DNA of 64,000 nt from Candidatus Eremiobacteria bacterium (GCA_963758295.1 CAVWUU010000004.1:192001-256000), one strand, 5' to 3'; numbered from the stretch's first letter, positions 1 through 9,706 are shown. The notes: generated from the letters alone by a model not told the origin. Made by a program: numbers and translations.

Positions 1-644
1 ACGGAGTTAAACGTACGTCCGGTCTGCGCGCTTTTGCCGCGCGCAATGACCCGTCCGCAAAGCGCGTCGTCCGCCGGTACGTCGACTGCGCCCTCATGGG
101 GATGAGCGGGGAAAAACTCGATGCGCCCGTTCGGCGCGCGATCGCTGCGGAGCAATTCGTGGAGCGGCTCGACGATCTCGATGCGCTGATAATCGCCGTT
201 GGCGCCCGAATGATAGTTCGGATAATCGATGCTCGGATTGTCGCGATCGTCGGCAGTAAGCCGCTCGGGATCGCGTTCGGGATTGTGACTGTGGAAGTGA
301 TTGACTATCCCCAACGATCCGAGTTCGCGGAGGCACGCCCCGAGATCGCCGTGATCGCGCGCCGTTAGCACGCCCCCGCCACCCTCACGAAACGCGAGAA
401 TTCCCGCAACGTCACGCGGAGAAAGCCCGTCGCCCGTATCGACAGCCATCAGCCAGAGTTCATCGATGGCGCGCTCAGGCAGCGTTGAAAGGATCGGGTC
501 GTCGCCGTCTTTGCCGGGCTCGCGATCGCGTGCGATGACGTTGTGGCCTGCATGAATCAATTCGTCGCGCAGGAGCGTGAAACGTTCAACGTTCCAATCG
601 TCTTGCGCATACGGGATCGTAGTCTGCAGCAAAATGGTCGCCAT
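1..644 (-). CDS. Conserved hypothetical protein, runs off the left edge (absent from ORF track)
   Basis: ATG at 644 opens a stop-free frame to position 1: MATILLQTTIPYAQDDWNVERF...ARDHGDLG...NYHSGANGDYQRI...PAHPHEGAV. TGcTATCTT extended -10 lies 7 nt upstream. Confidence 0.8.
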   Translation of the reverse strand, partial: MATILLQTTIPYAQDDWNVERFTLLRDELIHAGHNVIARDREPGKDGDDPILSTLPERAIDELWLMAVDTGDGLSPRDVAGILAFREGGGGVLTARDHGDLGACLRELGSLGIVNHFHSHNPERDPERLTADDRDNPSIDYPNYHSGANGDYQRIEIVEPLHELLRSDRAPNGRIEFFPAHPHEGAVDVPADDALCGRVIARGKSAQTGRTFNS

Positions 645-659
645 AGGCCCTAAGATAGC

Positions 660-690
660 AAAAACCGCCGCGTTGGTGGCGGCGATTTTT
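660..690 (-). terminator. Intrinsic terminator after tRNA-Ser
   Basis: ccgccgc/gtggcgg stem flanked by A and T runs. Confidence 0.6.
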
Positions 691-699
691 GTTCTACAT

Positions 700-786
700 C
701 GGAGAGGGGGAGATTCGAACTCCCGAGACCCGTGAAGGTCTGCTCGCTTTCCAAGCGAGTGCATTCGACCACTCTGCCACCTCTCC
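700..786 (-). tRNA. tRNA-Ser(GGA), CCA not encoded
   Basis: Reverse complement GGAGAGGTGGCAGAGTGGTCGAATGC...CTCGC-TT-GGA-AA-GCGAG, long variable arm, GTTCGAATC T-loop. Confidence 0.96.
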
Positions 787-831
787 AGGCGGTTCCTTCG
801 CTTTGAGGCGGGGGGCTGTTACTCCTGGCCG

Positions 832-1488
832 TTACGATGCAGCGACGGGGAGCGGGCAGAGATTGGCGTTATACGTTGCGATGAAGAACGCATAGAGATG
901 CCCGTCTTGGAATGCGTCGTCCGTCGCAACTGCCGGCAAATCCCAGCCGTAGTTGCCAGCGATGCCGCCGCCCACCTTGCCCATCACCGACGGCCCGGCG
1001 AGCGCGCCAACCTTCAAGCTTAGCCAGCCGATATCGACCTTGACGAGATAATATCCCGCGCCCGGCGCCGGCGTAGGCAGCACGGCGTTTTTCGCCGGCG
1101 TGCAGTACGGAACAACGCTTTGCGGCGAGAGCGGAAGCGTAAAGCTTCCGTTGGCGATGTACCACGGCGCATCGAAGATCGAATCGTCGCACGTCGAGCC
1201 GGCCGGGACGAAGGTCCCATCGTCGTTAACGGCGACCGGCGTGACGAGATGGAAGTTGTCGCACGACCGTTTTCCGCCGTGACAATAGATGACGTCGCGC
1301 GAAGTGATCGACGGACGTTGCTCCATCTTCACGGACTGCGTTGCAAGCGAAAAGCGGTGCGTTGAGGAGAGCGCGTCAGGTGCGACCGGCGGTTGCGGCG
1401 ATGTGGCAGCGCCTCCGCAGGCGGCGAGAAGCGCTGCGCCGGCGAGCGCGGCTGCCGTCAGCCGTAGATACCGTGCAAGATTCAACAT
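832..1488 (-). CDS. Hypothetical lipoprotein
   Basis: Signal peptide with LLAAC lipobox; GGGGAG SD upstream of ATG 1488. Confidence 0.75.
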   Translation of the reverse strand: MLNLARYLRLTAAALAGAALLAACGGAATSPQPPVAPDALSSTHRFSLATQSVKMEQRPSITSRDVIYCHGGKRSCDNFHLVTPVAVNDDGTFVPAGSTCDDSIFDAPWYIANGSFTLPLSPQSVVPYCTPAKNAVLPTPAPGAGYYLVKVDIGWLSLKVGALAGPSVMGKVGGGIAGNYGWDLPAVATDDAFQDGHLYAFFIATYNANLCPLPVAAS

Positions 1489-1607
1489 AAAAAGCTCCCC
1501 AGGATAGGAAGTAATAGCCCCGCCTTGCTTTTTCGACATCCGAGGTGCCGCTTGCTAGTCTTCGTGGGCGGCCTAATGCGAAGGCTCTGTAAAGAGCCGC
1601 TTAACGT

Positions 1608-2396
1608 TTAAGGTTGTTGGATGCTCGCGCCGGCGAACAGCGCTTCGAATTCGTCTTCGGGGAGCGGACGGCCAAAGAGGTAGCCTTGAGCGAACTCGCA
1701 CCCGCACTCGCGTAAAAACTCGGCTTGCGCCTGCGTCTCGACGCCTTCGGCTTGCACCTTTAGCCCGAGCGCATGCGCCATCGCGATAATCGCCGTGACG
1801 ATTGCAAGGTCGTTGCCGTCGTTCGGAATGTCGCGTACGAACGCTTTGTCGATCTTCAGTTTGTCAATCGGAAAGCGTTTCAAATATGCGAGCGACGAAT
1901 AGCCCGTACCGAAATCATCAAGTGCGAGGTCCATGCCCAAGCTTTTGATCTGACGCATGATACCGATCGAGTCCTCGGCATTATGCATGGCGACGCTTTC
2001 GGTGATTTCGAACTCGAGCGACTTCGCGCTGAATCCGGCGGCACGGATTGCGTCTTCGATCGATTTGATCAAGTTGTAGTGCATGAATTGGCGCCCGGAA
2101 AGATTTACAGCGAGATGCAACGGACGATTGAATTGCGTCTGCCATGCGCGCACGCGTTGAACGGCGGTGCGAAGAATCCAATCCCCGAGCTGCACGATGA
2201 ATCCCGAGGTTTCCGCTTGGGTGATGAAGGTCTCGGGCGGCGAAAACGTGTCGCCCCGTTGCGGCCAGCGGCACAGGGCCTCAACACCAATGATCGAGCC
2301 GGTCGGTAAATCGACAACCGGCTGATAGAAGATCCGAAACTCACCATAGTGGAGGGCGTTGGCTAACCGTTGGTGTGCCGGAAGACGATAGCTCAC
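1608..2396 (-). CDS. Stand-alone EAL c-di-GMP phosphodiesterase
   Basis: YQP, EAL, EITES, DDFGTGYSS, KIDK, AEGVE and QGY motifs intact. Confidence 0.92.
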   Translation of the reverse strand: MSYRLPAHQRLANALHYGEFRIFYQPVVDLPTGSIIGVEALCRWPQRGDTFSPPETFITQAETSGFIVQLGDWILRTAVQRVRAWQTQFNRPLHLAVNLSGRQFMHYNLIKSIEDAIRAAGFSAKSLEFEITESVAMHNAEDSIGIMRQIKSLGMDLALDDFGTGYSSLAYLKRFPIDKLKIDKAFVRDIPNDGNDLAIVTAIIAMAHALGLKVQAEGVETQAQAEFLRECGCEFAQGYLFGRPLPEDEFEALFAGASIQQP

Positions 2397-2412
2397 GTAA
2401 GAAGGCCTTTCG

Positions 2413-3018
2413 TTAGCCTTCCGAGCGTTCCCTTAGTTCCGGCCCAGAAAACAGCAGCGCCGAAAAGTAGGCAATGCGCGAGGCTTCTTCGGCGAGGTCG
2501 GTCTGCACGAACGCGCGATCGAGCACTTCATCGATGGCCGTAAGTCCGTGTCGTTCCATCACGACAACGGCGGCTCCGCGTTCAAATTCGACGGCGCACA
2601 GGTCGGCTAACTCTTGCGTACCATTTTTGCGATAGGGAGTCCAAGCGCACGCACCCAGCGATTCCATCGCTCCAACGGTATCGCGAGGAAAGAGGCCCCC
2701 GGTTTTCGACCACACGACACTAAACGTGGGATGCGTGTGAATGACGTATCGGATTTCCGGGCGCACGCGATACGCGGCCACGTGTAAGGGCAGTTCGCTT
2801 GTCGGGTGCTGATCCGGATTCCGCGCGATGCCGTCGGGAGAAACGCGAACCAGCTCGTGCGCTGCGACGGATTGGAACGAACTGGATGCGGGCGTTACGA
2901 GTAGATCGCCGTCATCAAGGCGCGCGCTGAGATTGCCGCTTGACCCGCTCGTCAAGCGTCGATCCCAAATTAGCCTTGTGTATTTGATGAGGTCGCGGCG
3001 AGCCGTCTCTTCATGCAC
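2413..3018 (-). CDS. Class II aldolase/adducin family protein
   Basis: SGNLSAR, PTSELPLH, HTH and HG metal-binding motifs. Confidence 0.88.
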   Translation of the reverse strand: MHEETARRDLIKYTRLIWDRRLTSGSSGNLSARLDDGDLLVTPASSSFQSVAAHELVRVSPDGIARNPDQHPTSELPLHVAAYRVRPEIRYVIHTHPTFSVVWSKTGGLFPRDTVGAMESLGACAWTPYRKNGTQELADLCAVEFERGAAVVVMERHGLTAIDEVLDRAFVQTDLAEEASRIAYFSALLFSGPELRERSEG

Positions 3019-3895
3019 CGGCAGGATGCCAAATCGTTTTGATTTCGCACAGCGACGAGATTTCGTGCAGCGATTGCGCGTCGGGGGCGAGCCATTCCGT
3101 GCGCGACCGCTCGGGATATCGGCGAACGCGTTTCACGTTTTCAGCGGCGTCGCGTTCGATGGACCGTGTGAGCTCCGCATCGCCTTCTTCAAAGACGATG
3201 GCGTTTACGTCCATGTGCTTCGCAAGCGTGGGCGCTACTTCGGCGCGGAATCCGGTGAGCACGTTTGCAGCGCCCGCAGGCAAATCGCTTGTCGCCAAAC
3301 ATTCGGCAAACGCCATGGCGGTTCTCGGATCGCGTTCCGATGCAAGCAGGACGACGCTGTTTCCGGCCGCGATCGCCGGCAGCAGAACCGAAACCAAACC
3401 GGCCAGCGGCGAACGATCGGGCGCGAGGATCGCGACGACACCCATCGGTTCGGCGGTCGAGAAGTTAAAGTGGGGGCCCGCAACCGGATTGCGCGCCGAA
3501 AGCAACGCCGGAAATTTGTCACACCAGCCCGCGTACCACACGGTGCGATCGATGGCCGCGCTTACTTCCGCTCGAGCGTCCCCCTCCGAAAGGTTCATGC
3601 CTTCGCGAACGCGAGCAATCAGCTCATCGCGCCGCGCTTCCATCATCTCGGCGAGACGATACAAAATAAGGCCACGCGTTGCGGGAGCGGTTTTCCACCA
3701 CTTCACTTGCGCCGCACGCGCCGCAACGACAGAATCACGAGCGTCTTTTTTTGATGCCCGGGCGATGTTCGCTCCAAAGTCCCGTCCGTCCCAAAGAGGG
3801 TCGCTCCGCCCGGATTCCGAGCGCACGAAAGCGCCGTTGATATAAAGCTTATACATTTTCCGGATAGAGAGCCGCGGGTCGCCGTTCTTGGACAT
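3011..3895 (-). CDS. Truncated, non-catalytic aldehyde-dehydrogenase-family subunit
   Basis: KLYINGAFVRSESGR, YAGWCDK, EPMGVV, C-terminal EIKTIWHP; lacks PWNFP, ELGGK and the catalytic-Cys domain. Confidence 0.85.
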   Translation of the reverse strand: MSKNGDPRLSIRKMYKLYINGAFVRSESGRSDPLWDGRDFGANIARASKKDARDSVVAARAAQVKWWKTAPATRGLILYRLAEMMEARRDELIARVREGMNLSEGDARAEVSAAIDRTVWYAGWCDKFPALLSARNPVAGPHFNFSTAEPMGVVAILAPDRSPLAGLVSVLLPAIAAGNSVVLLASERDPRTAMAFAECLATSDLPAGAANVLTGFRAEVAPTLAKHMDVNAIVFEEGDAELTRSIERDAAENVKRVRRYPERSRTEWLAPDAQSLHEISSLCEIKTIWHPAGA

Positions 3896-3949
3896 TAGAA
3901 CCCGGGCTACGACGCAAGGGAGGATGGCACCTCGGGCGAACGGTCGGCC

Positions 3950-5548
3950 ATGGCCGAGCCTGCACTTCTCGGGCGCGTCGTCATTGCCGAACCGTTCGAC
4001 GAGCGGGGCATCGCAGTGTTGCGCCGCGCCGGCGCCGACGTCGTGTCCGTTGTCGGACTACCACGCGAAGCTCTGCACTTGGCGCTGCGTGACGCGCGCG
4101 GCCTCATCGTGCGCTCGGAAACCCGCGTCGATTCTTCGCTGCTCGCGTACGGTCCGCAACTCGAAGTGGTCGCACGCGCAGGTGTTGGCGTCGATGCGAT
4201 CGACGTAGATGCAGCAACTGCCGCCGGAATCGTCGTGGTGAATACGCCTGCAGCGAACACCCTGGCTGCGACGGAGCAAACGTTTGCGCTCCTGCTGGCC
4301 GCGATGCGCCATATTCCGCAGGCGCATGCTAGCGTGCACGCGGGCGAGTGGAATCGCAAGCCGTTTGTCGGCCACGAACTTTACGGCAAAACGCTGGGGA
4401 TCGTAGGGCTGGGACGTATTGGAAGCAACGTCGCGTCGCGTGCCGCGGCATTCGGCATGCGCGTCGTCGCTCACGATCCGTTTATCCCGGCATCCCGTGC
4501 CGGCGCGCTTGACGTAGAGCTGCTCGATTTCCAAGACATGCTTGAGCTGGCTGATGTGGTGACGTTGCACGTGCCGCTCACGCCGCAGACGCGAGGAATG
4601 ATCGATGCCGGCGCTCTTCGTCATATGCGCGACGATGCGGTGCTGATCAATTGCGCTCGCGGCGGCGTTGTCGACGCACAGGCACTGGTAGAAACGCTCG
4701 ATGAGGGCCGGTTGCGGGCCGTAGCCGTGGACGTGGTGCCGGAAGAGCCGCCGCCCGCCGATTCCGCATCGGCCCGTCTACTGCGACATGCGCGCGTGGT
4801 TTCCACGCCGCATCTCGGCGGATCGACGTATGAGGCGCTGGAGCGCATCGCGCTCGAACTTGCCGGCGACGTCGTTGGGGTTTTGCGAGGCCGGCCCGCA
4901 AACGGCGCAGTCAACGCGCCGGTCTTAACCGGCGCGGACGCGGAGCGCGCCGGCGGATTCGTCGATCTCGCGTTTCGTTTAGGATCGCTTTTGCCGCAAC
5001 TTTTCGACGAAGCGTTGCGCCATGAGATCGCCGTGGTTTTGCACGGCGATTTAGAGTCGGTGACGCCGGAGCCGTTTCTCGCGGCGTTACTTGCCGGGGC
5101 CCTGCCGTTCGTTAGCGACCGGCGCGTCTCGCTCGTCAATGCCATGAGCGTCGCCCGAGAGTTGGGCATCCGCACGAATGTCACTCGGGAACGCGCCGCC
5201 GCGCCGTTTCGTGCGTCGCTTACCGTGGCAGCCGGCGAGCACCGCATCGTGGGAACCGTGTTGCCGACGGGAGCAAGAATCGTCGCAGTCGATGGCTTCG
5301 AAATTGATGCCGTCGCCGACGGAACCTTGCTCGTAACGCGGCACCGCGACGTCCCCGGCATGGTTGGCCACATCGGCACCATCCTGGGCAATGCAGACAT
5401 AAACATTTCGACGATGCAGGTTGCCCGCGAACAGCGCGGCGGTGAAGCCATGATGGTGTTGGACGTCGATCGCGAAGTGCCCAAAGACGTAACGGCAGCC
5501 GTGGCAAGCATGGAAGGCATAACGTCGGTTCGGGTGGTGAAAATATGA
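3950..5548 (+). CDS. serA: D-3-phosphoglycerate dehydrogenase with ASB/ACT domains
   Basis: RAGVGVD, GLGRIG, INCARGG, TPHLGGST; C-terminal DVPGMVG...NI ACT domain. Confidence 0.93.
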   Translation: MAEPALLGRVVIAEPFDERGIAVLRRAGADVVSVVGLPREALHLALRDARGLIVRSETRVDSSLLAYGPQLEVVARAGVGVDAIDVDAATAAGIVVVNTPAANTLAATEQTFALLLAAMRHIPQAHASVHAGEWNRKPFVGHELYGKTLGIVGLGRIGSNVASRAAAFGMRVVAHDPFIPASRAGALDVELLDFQDMLELADVVTLHVPLTPQTRGMIDAGALRHMRDDAVLINCARGGVVDAQALVETLDEGRLRAVAVDVVPEEPPPADSASARLLRHARVVSTPHLGGSTYEALERIALELAGDVVGVLRGRPANGAVNAPVLTGADAERAGGFVDLAFRLGSLLPQLFDEALRHEIAVVLHGDLESVTPEPFLAALLAGALPFVSDRRVSLVNAMSVARELGIRTNVTRERAAAPFRASLTVAAGEHRIVGTVLPTGARIVAVDGFEIDAVADGTLLVTRHRDVPGMVGHIGTILGNADINISTMQVAREQRGGEAMMVLDVDREVPKDVTAAVASMEGITSVRVVKI

Positions 5549-6172
5549 CCGTGCACGTGGCGCGTCACGGCGAAACGGATTGGAATCGCGCGGGACGTTA
5601 TCAAGGTCAACGCGAGTCCAACCTTACGGAAATCGGACGAGCCCAAGCCGCGGCGCTCGCCTCGGCGCTCGGATCGCATCCGGTGACCAAAGTCATTTCA
5701 AGCCCGCTTCGCCGCTGCGTCGAAACCGCCGAGGCAATCGCTGCGTCAGCCGATGTTCCCGTCGAATGCGACGCCCGGTTGCTCGAAATCGCGCATGGCA
5801 TGCTGGGAAGGCCGTTTACGCACGCAAATCGAGCGCGCCGACCCGGAAACGATGCGGCAGTGGCGCGAAGCGCCCGATACCGTTTGCTTTGACGGTGGCG
5901 AGTCGCTCGCTGCAGTCTTGGCGCGCTGGCAATCGTTTGCCCAAGCACTGGATGGGAAGAATGAGGTCGTGCTCGTCACGCACGACGTGCTCGTTCGACT
6001 CGCCATTCTGTCGGCAACGCAGCGTCCGTTATCCCAGTTATGGGAACCGCGCGTCGTGAACGGGGGCTACGCCCGGTTCACGGTACGGAACGGTTCATGG
6101 CGCCTCGAAGACGAGTGTGTGGACGGCCACCTTGCGGAATTGCTCGTCGATCCGCGACAGCAAGCGTTATAA
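5545..6172 (+). CDS. Histidine phosphatase (PspA-like phosphoserine phosphatase candidate), +1 frameshift at about 5803
   Basis: RHGETDWN, SSPLRR, EIAHG then WEG...GGES...VTHD in the next frame; ATGA overlap with serA. Confidence 0.8.
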
Positions 6173-6196
6173 GTAGAAGAGGTCGCAAATACTTTT

Positions 6197-6769
6197 ATGG
6201 CTAGCACCCAAACATTTCTCACCGACGTTCAAGAACTGCGCCGGCGCGCGCGCGAAAACATGGAACGCGGCGCGATCACGGAACAGTACGAACTCGACCC
6301 CAAGCAGGTCGTCGACGTATTGAATCAGGCGCTCGCAACGGAAATCGTTTGCGTGTTGCGCTACAAGCGGCACTACTTCGCCGCTAAGGGATTGAATAAA
6401 GACGCGGTCGCCGAAGAGTTTCTGCAGCATGCGAAAGAAGAACAGGAACACGCCGACCGCATCTCGGAGCGCATCGACCAGCTGGGCGGCGAACCGGATC
6501 TGAATCCGGCGACGCTTACGTCGCGCAGCCATTCGGAGTACGTCGAAGGCGACGATCTTGTGGACATGATCAAGGAAAATCTCGTAGCCGAACGGATCGC
6601 GATCGAGTCGTATTCCGAAATCATTCGCTTCCTCGGCACGAAAGACGTAACGTCGCGCCGGCTGATGGAACAGATCTTGGAAGTTGAAGAAGAACACGCG
6701 AACGATATGCTGGATTTGATCGATCAAATCGTCGATAAGGGCAGCAACGGGAAAGGCAGTTCGAAATAG
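6197..6769 (+). CDS. Bacterioferritin/ferritin-like diiron protein
   Basis: ATEIVCVLRY, EEQEHAD, AERIAIESY and EEEHA ferroxidase-type motifs. Confidence 0.88.
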   Translation: MASTQTFLTDVQELRRRARENMERGAITEQYELDPKQVVDVLNQALATEIVCVLRYKRHYFAAKGLNKDAVAEEFLQHAKEEQEHADRISERIDQLGGEPDLNPATLTSRSHSEYVEGDDLVDMIKENLVAERIAIESYSEIIRFLGTKDVTSRRLMEQILEVEEEHANDMLDLIDQIVDKGSNGKGSSK

Positions 6770-7380
6770 AGATCGTTTTCGTCCGTCACGGAAAGACCGA
6801 CTGGAATCGCTCGAAGCGGTTTCAAGGACATAGCGATATTCCACTTTCGAACGAGGGCCGCGCGCAGGCGCGGGCCCTCGCTTCTGTTTTGCAAGGCGAA
6901 CGCTTCGACCGCGCGTATGCCAGCGATTTGGGACGGGCGATTGAAACCGCGCAAGCGATTGCCGCCGGCTCGAACGTGGAGGTCGTCGTCGATGCGCGGC
7001 TACGCGAATTCAATTTCGGGCTGTGGGAAGGGCTGACGTGGGACGAGATCGTCGCCCGTTGGCCGCAGCACGCGGACAGAGGATACACCGATGCCCGGGG
7101 CTACCAGCCTGAAGGCGGCGAGAAGTTTTCCGACGTTCAGGCGCGCGTCGCGTCTTTTCTCGATGAAGTGGAACACGCGGGTTTTGGCCGCGTGCTGGTT
7201 GCGACCCACGCCGGCGTCCTTCACGCCGCGCTCGCCGCGCTGGCACCACGGCTCTCGGTGTACGAGCGAGCGCTGAAAATCGCGTTTTCTCCCGCAAGCA
7301 TCACGCGCGTAACGATGGAAGGCGAGCAGGTCCGCCTAATAACCATAAACGATGTCTCCCATCTCCATTCCGCCCCTTGA
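6766..7380 (+). CDS. cobC: Histidine phosphatase, probable alpha-ribazole phosphatase, non-canonical ATA start
   Basis: Frame extends upstream of the track ORF as IEIVFVRHGKTDWN...FQGHSDIPLS; SDLGRA, EFNFGLWEG, THAG; directly upstream of cobT and cobS. Confidence 0.7.
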   Translation: MEIVFVRHGKTDWNRSKRFQGHSDIPLSNEGRAQARALASVLQGERFDRAYASDLGRAIETAQAIAAGSNVEVVVDARLREFNFGLWEGLTWDEIVARWPQHADRGYTDARGYQPEGGEKFSDVQARVASFLDEVEHAGFGRVLVATHAGVLHAALAALAPRLSVYERALKIAFSPASITRVTMEGEQVRLITINDVSHLHSAP

Positions 7381-8404
7381 TGCCGATGCCGCGCGCGCCA
7401 CACGGCAACGAATCGATCAGCTTACGAAGCCGGTCGGAAGCCTCGGCCGCATCGAGGAATTAGCCGAACGACTTGCTGCGATTCACGGTGCTTCGCCGCC
7501 CGTATATCGGCGCAAAGCCATTCTGGTCGGCGCCGGGGATCATGGCGTTACTGCCGAGGGCGTAAGCGCGTATCCGAGCGAGGTAACGCCGCAAATGATC
7601 GGCGCGTTCCTCGGGGGGTTTGCGGCCATAAATGCATTTTCGCGCGTCGCCGGCGCGGAAGTATTCGTTGCCGATTTCGGCGTCGCATCGGAGCTGCCGC
7701 CGCACGACCGGCTGCTGAACGTAGCGGTTGCGCGCGGCACGAGAAACTTCGCGCGCGAAGCCGCGATGCCGTTCGATCACGTGCAGCGTACGTTAGATGC
7801 CGGTACGCGTGTTTTCGAAACGCTCGTGGAACGCGTGGATCCGCAAATTCTGGCGCTCGGCGAAATGGGTATTGGGAACACCACGAGCGCGGCTGCGCTC
7901 ATCGCTGCGCTCGGCGAAACGTCGCCCGAAGATGTCGTGGGTCGCGGCACCGGCATCGACGATGAAGCATTGCGGCGCAAACTGGGCGTCGTGTCGGCAG
8001 CCGTGCAACGCTGCTCCGGTTTTGATGCCCCGGCAATCGCAGCACAAGTCGGCGGATACGAAATCATTGGACTGGCCGGCGTTCTGCTCGCAGCGGCGCA
8101 GCGGCGCGTCCCGGTGGTGTTGGACGGGTTTATCGTAAGTGCTGCGGCGCTTCTTGCGCAGCATCTTGCACCGGGCGTCGCCGGCTACTGTATTGCGGCG
8201 CATCGTTCCCGCGAGCCGGGACACCTCGTAGCGCTCCGGCTGCTCGGCTTAGTGCCGTTACTGGACCTGGATTTGCGTTTGGGAGAAGCCAGCGGCGCCG
8301 CGCTCGCGCTGCCCTTGTGCGAAGCCGCGGCGCGGATGGTCTGCGAAATGAAGACCTTCGCCGAAGCCGGCGTCGCAACGGCACACGAACCGATCGAGGC
8401 GTGA
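7352..8404 (+). CDS. cobT: Nicotinate-nucleotide-dimethylbenzimidazole phosphoribosyltransferase
   Basis: LTKPVGSLGRIE, DHGV..EGVSAYP, GEMGIGNTT, LRLGEASGA. Confidence 0.95.
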   Translation: MSPISIPPLDADAARATRQRIDQLTKPVGSLGRIEELAERLAAIHGASPPVYRRKAILVGAGDHGVTAEGVSAYPSEVTPQMIGAFLGGFAAINAFSRVAGAEVFVADFGVASELPPHDRLLNVAVARGTRNFAREAAMPFDHVQRTLDAGTRVFETLVERVDPQILALGEMGIGNTTSAAALIAALGETSPEDVVGRGTGIDDEALRRKLGVVSAAVQRCSGFDAPAIAAQVGGYEIIGLAGVLLAAAQRRVPVVLDGFIVSAAALLAQHLAPGVAGYCIAAHRSREPGHLVALRLLGLVPLLDLDLRLGEASGAALALPLCEAAARMVCEMKTFAEAGVATAHEPIEA

Positions 8405-9138
8405 AGCGTCTTTTCGACGGCATTGTAAGCGCGCTCGCGTACTTTTCGATTCTTCCGCTGGGGCGGCTGGCAACGCACGCCGCGCCGGGCCCTCTTGCGG
8501 TAGCGTTTCTGCCGTTTGTCGGGGCGATTATCGGTGCGGCAGCCGGTGCAGTAGCGCTCCTTTTGAGTGGGCACGATCGCGCATGGTTTCCCGTCGTAGC
8601 ATGGATTGCGTGCATCGCGTTTTCGGGCGCAATTCACGTGGATGGATTCCTCGATTGTTGCGACGGCCTTTTCGTTTCAGCCACGCCCGAGCGGCGGCTC
8701 GAGATTCTGCACGATCCGCAGCATGGAACCTTCGCGGTCGTCGGGATGGCGATGTTGGCGGTAACGTGGCTTGCGGCCATTGCCGGTCTTCCCGCATCCC
8801 ATGCGGTCCTTGCGCTCGCTTTCACCGGATCGCTCGCGCGGATTTCTGCTATAGCCAATTCGTTGGTGTTTCCTTACGCGCGCCCGGGAGCGGTTACGCA
8901 GGCGTTCGTAGCGCGGCCGAATTCGATCGTGCTGGTTCTTGCGCTGCTCGTTACGTGCGTGCTTGGATGGAGTTTGGATCCGCTGCTTTTCGGCATCATC
9001 CCCGGCGCGATAGCGTTGTCGTTGCTTCTAGGCTGGTGGGCGTCGCGCCGGCTCGGCGGGGGCCTGACCGGCGACGTTTTCGGCGCGATCATCGTAGTTG
9101 TGGAGGTGTGCGCGTTGGTCGTGGTCGCCGCCATTTAA
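8401..9138 (+). CDS. cobS: Adenosylcobinamide-GDP ribazoletransferase (cobalamin synthase)
   Basis: Multi-TM protein with HVDGFLDCCDG, RRLEILHDP and GGLTGDVFGA; GTGA overlap with cobT. Confidence 0.92.
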   Translation: MKRLFDGIVSALAYFSILPLGRLATHAAPGPLAVAFLPFVGAIIGAAAGAVALLLSGHDRAWFPVVAWIACIAFSGAIHVDGFLDCCDGLFVSATPERRLEILHDPQHGTFAVVGMAMLAVTWLAAIAGLPASHAVLALAFTGSLARISAIANSLVFPYARPGAVTQAFVARPNSIVLVLALLVTCVLGWSLDPLLFGIIPGAIALSLLLGWWASRRLGGGLTGDVFGAIIVVVEVCALVVVAAI

Positions 9139-9182
9139 AAAACTGCGCGACCTTTCCGCGGTATCGAAGAGCCGCGGGCCGG

Positions 9183-9611
9183 TTAGAGAAACATGCGTTT
9201 CGCGATCCGTGCGCTGTCGCGCGCCTGAACGCTCCGCGCGTAGCCCTGCTGGAGCATAGCGTATATTTCGTGCGCGCGAAAATCGTGACTCGCGTGCGCT
9301 CTCACGTACACGCGAACCATGCGCGAAAGAAATCCCGGCAGCCATGAGTCACGTGGATAGCGACGATGCCAGTCTACGATCGCGAGCTCGAGCGTGTCGA
9401 TCCCGTGAATTGTGCCGGACATGACGAGTTCGCGGTTCGGCTGCGCTTCGAACCGGGTGAGCCGGTTTTTTATTTCGAGCACGCTGATCTTAAACGGACC
9501 AAAATACTCGTCGGCCGGCGCCTCGTCCCGAAAGGAAGCGAGCGCCACGCCTTGCAGCAAGACTACGAGTAGGGCGGTGACTGCCACCCCACCTAGTAAA
9601 CGTGCCCTCAT
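9183..9611 (-). CDS. Hypothetical exported helical protein
   Basis: Signal peptide (ALA cleavage site) followed by APADEYFG motif. Confidence 0.7.
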   Translation of the reverse strand: MRARLLGGVAVTALLVVLLQGVALASFRDEAPADEYFGPFKISVLEIKNRLTRFEAQPNRELVMSGTIHGIDTLELAIVDWHRRYPRDSWLPGFLSRMVRVYVRAHASHDFRAHEIYAMLQQGYARSVQARDSARIAKRMFL

Positions 9612-9706
9612 AAGATCCTTTTCGACCGAATGGCGGGCTATTTATAGACCAGTTTAAGCTGCCGCCCGAAAGTTCGCAAGCATGCGAACTGCGGGTAGAA
9701 AGAAGC

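Noticed and set aside
96..368. Plus-strand 90-aa ORF at the left edge
   Set aside because: Antisense shadow of the minus-strand gene starting at 644
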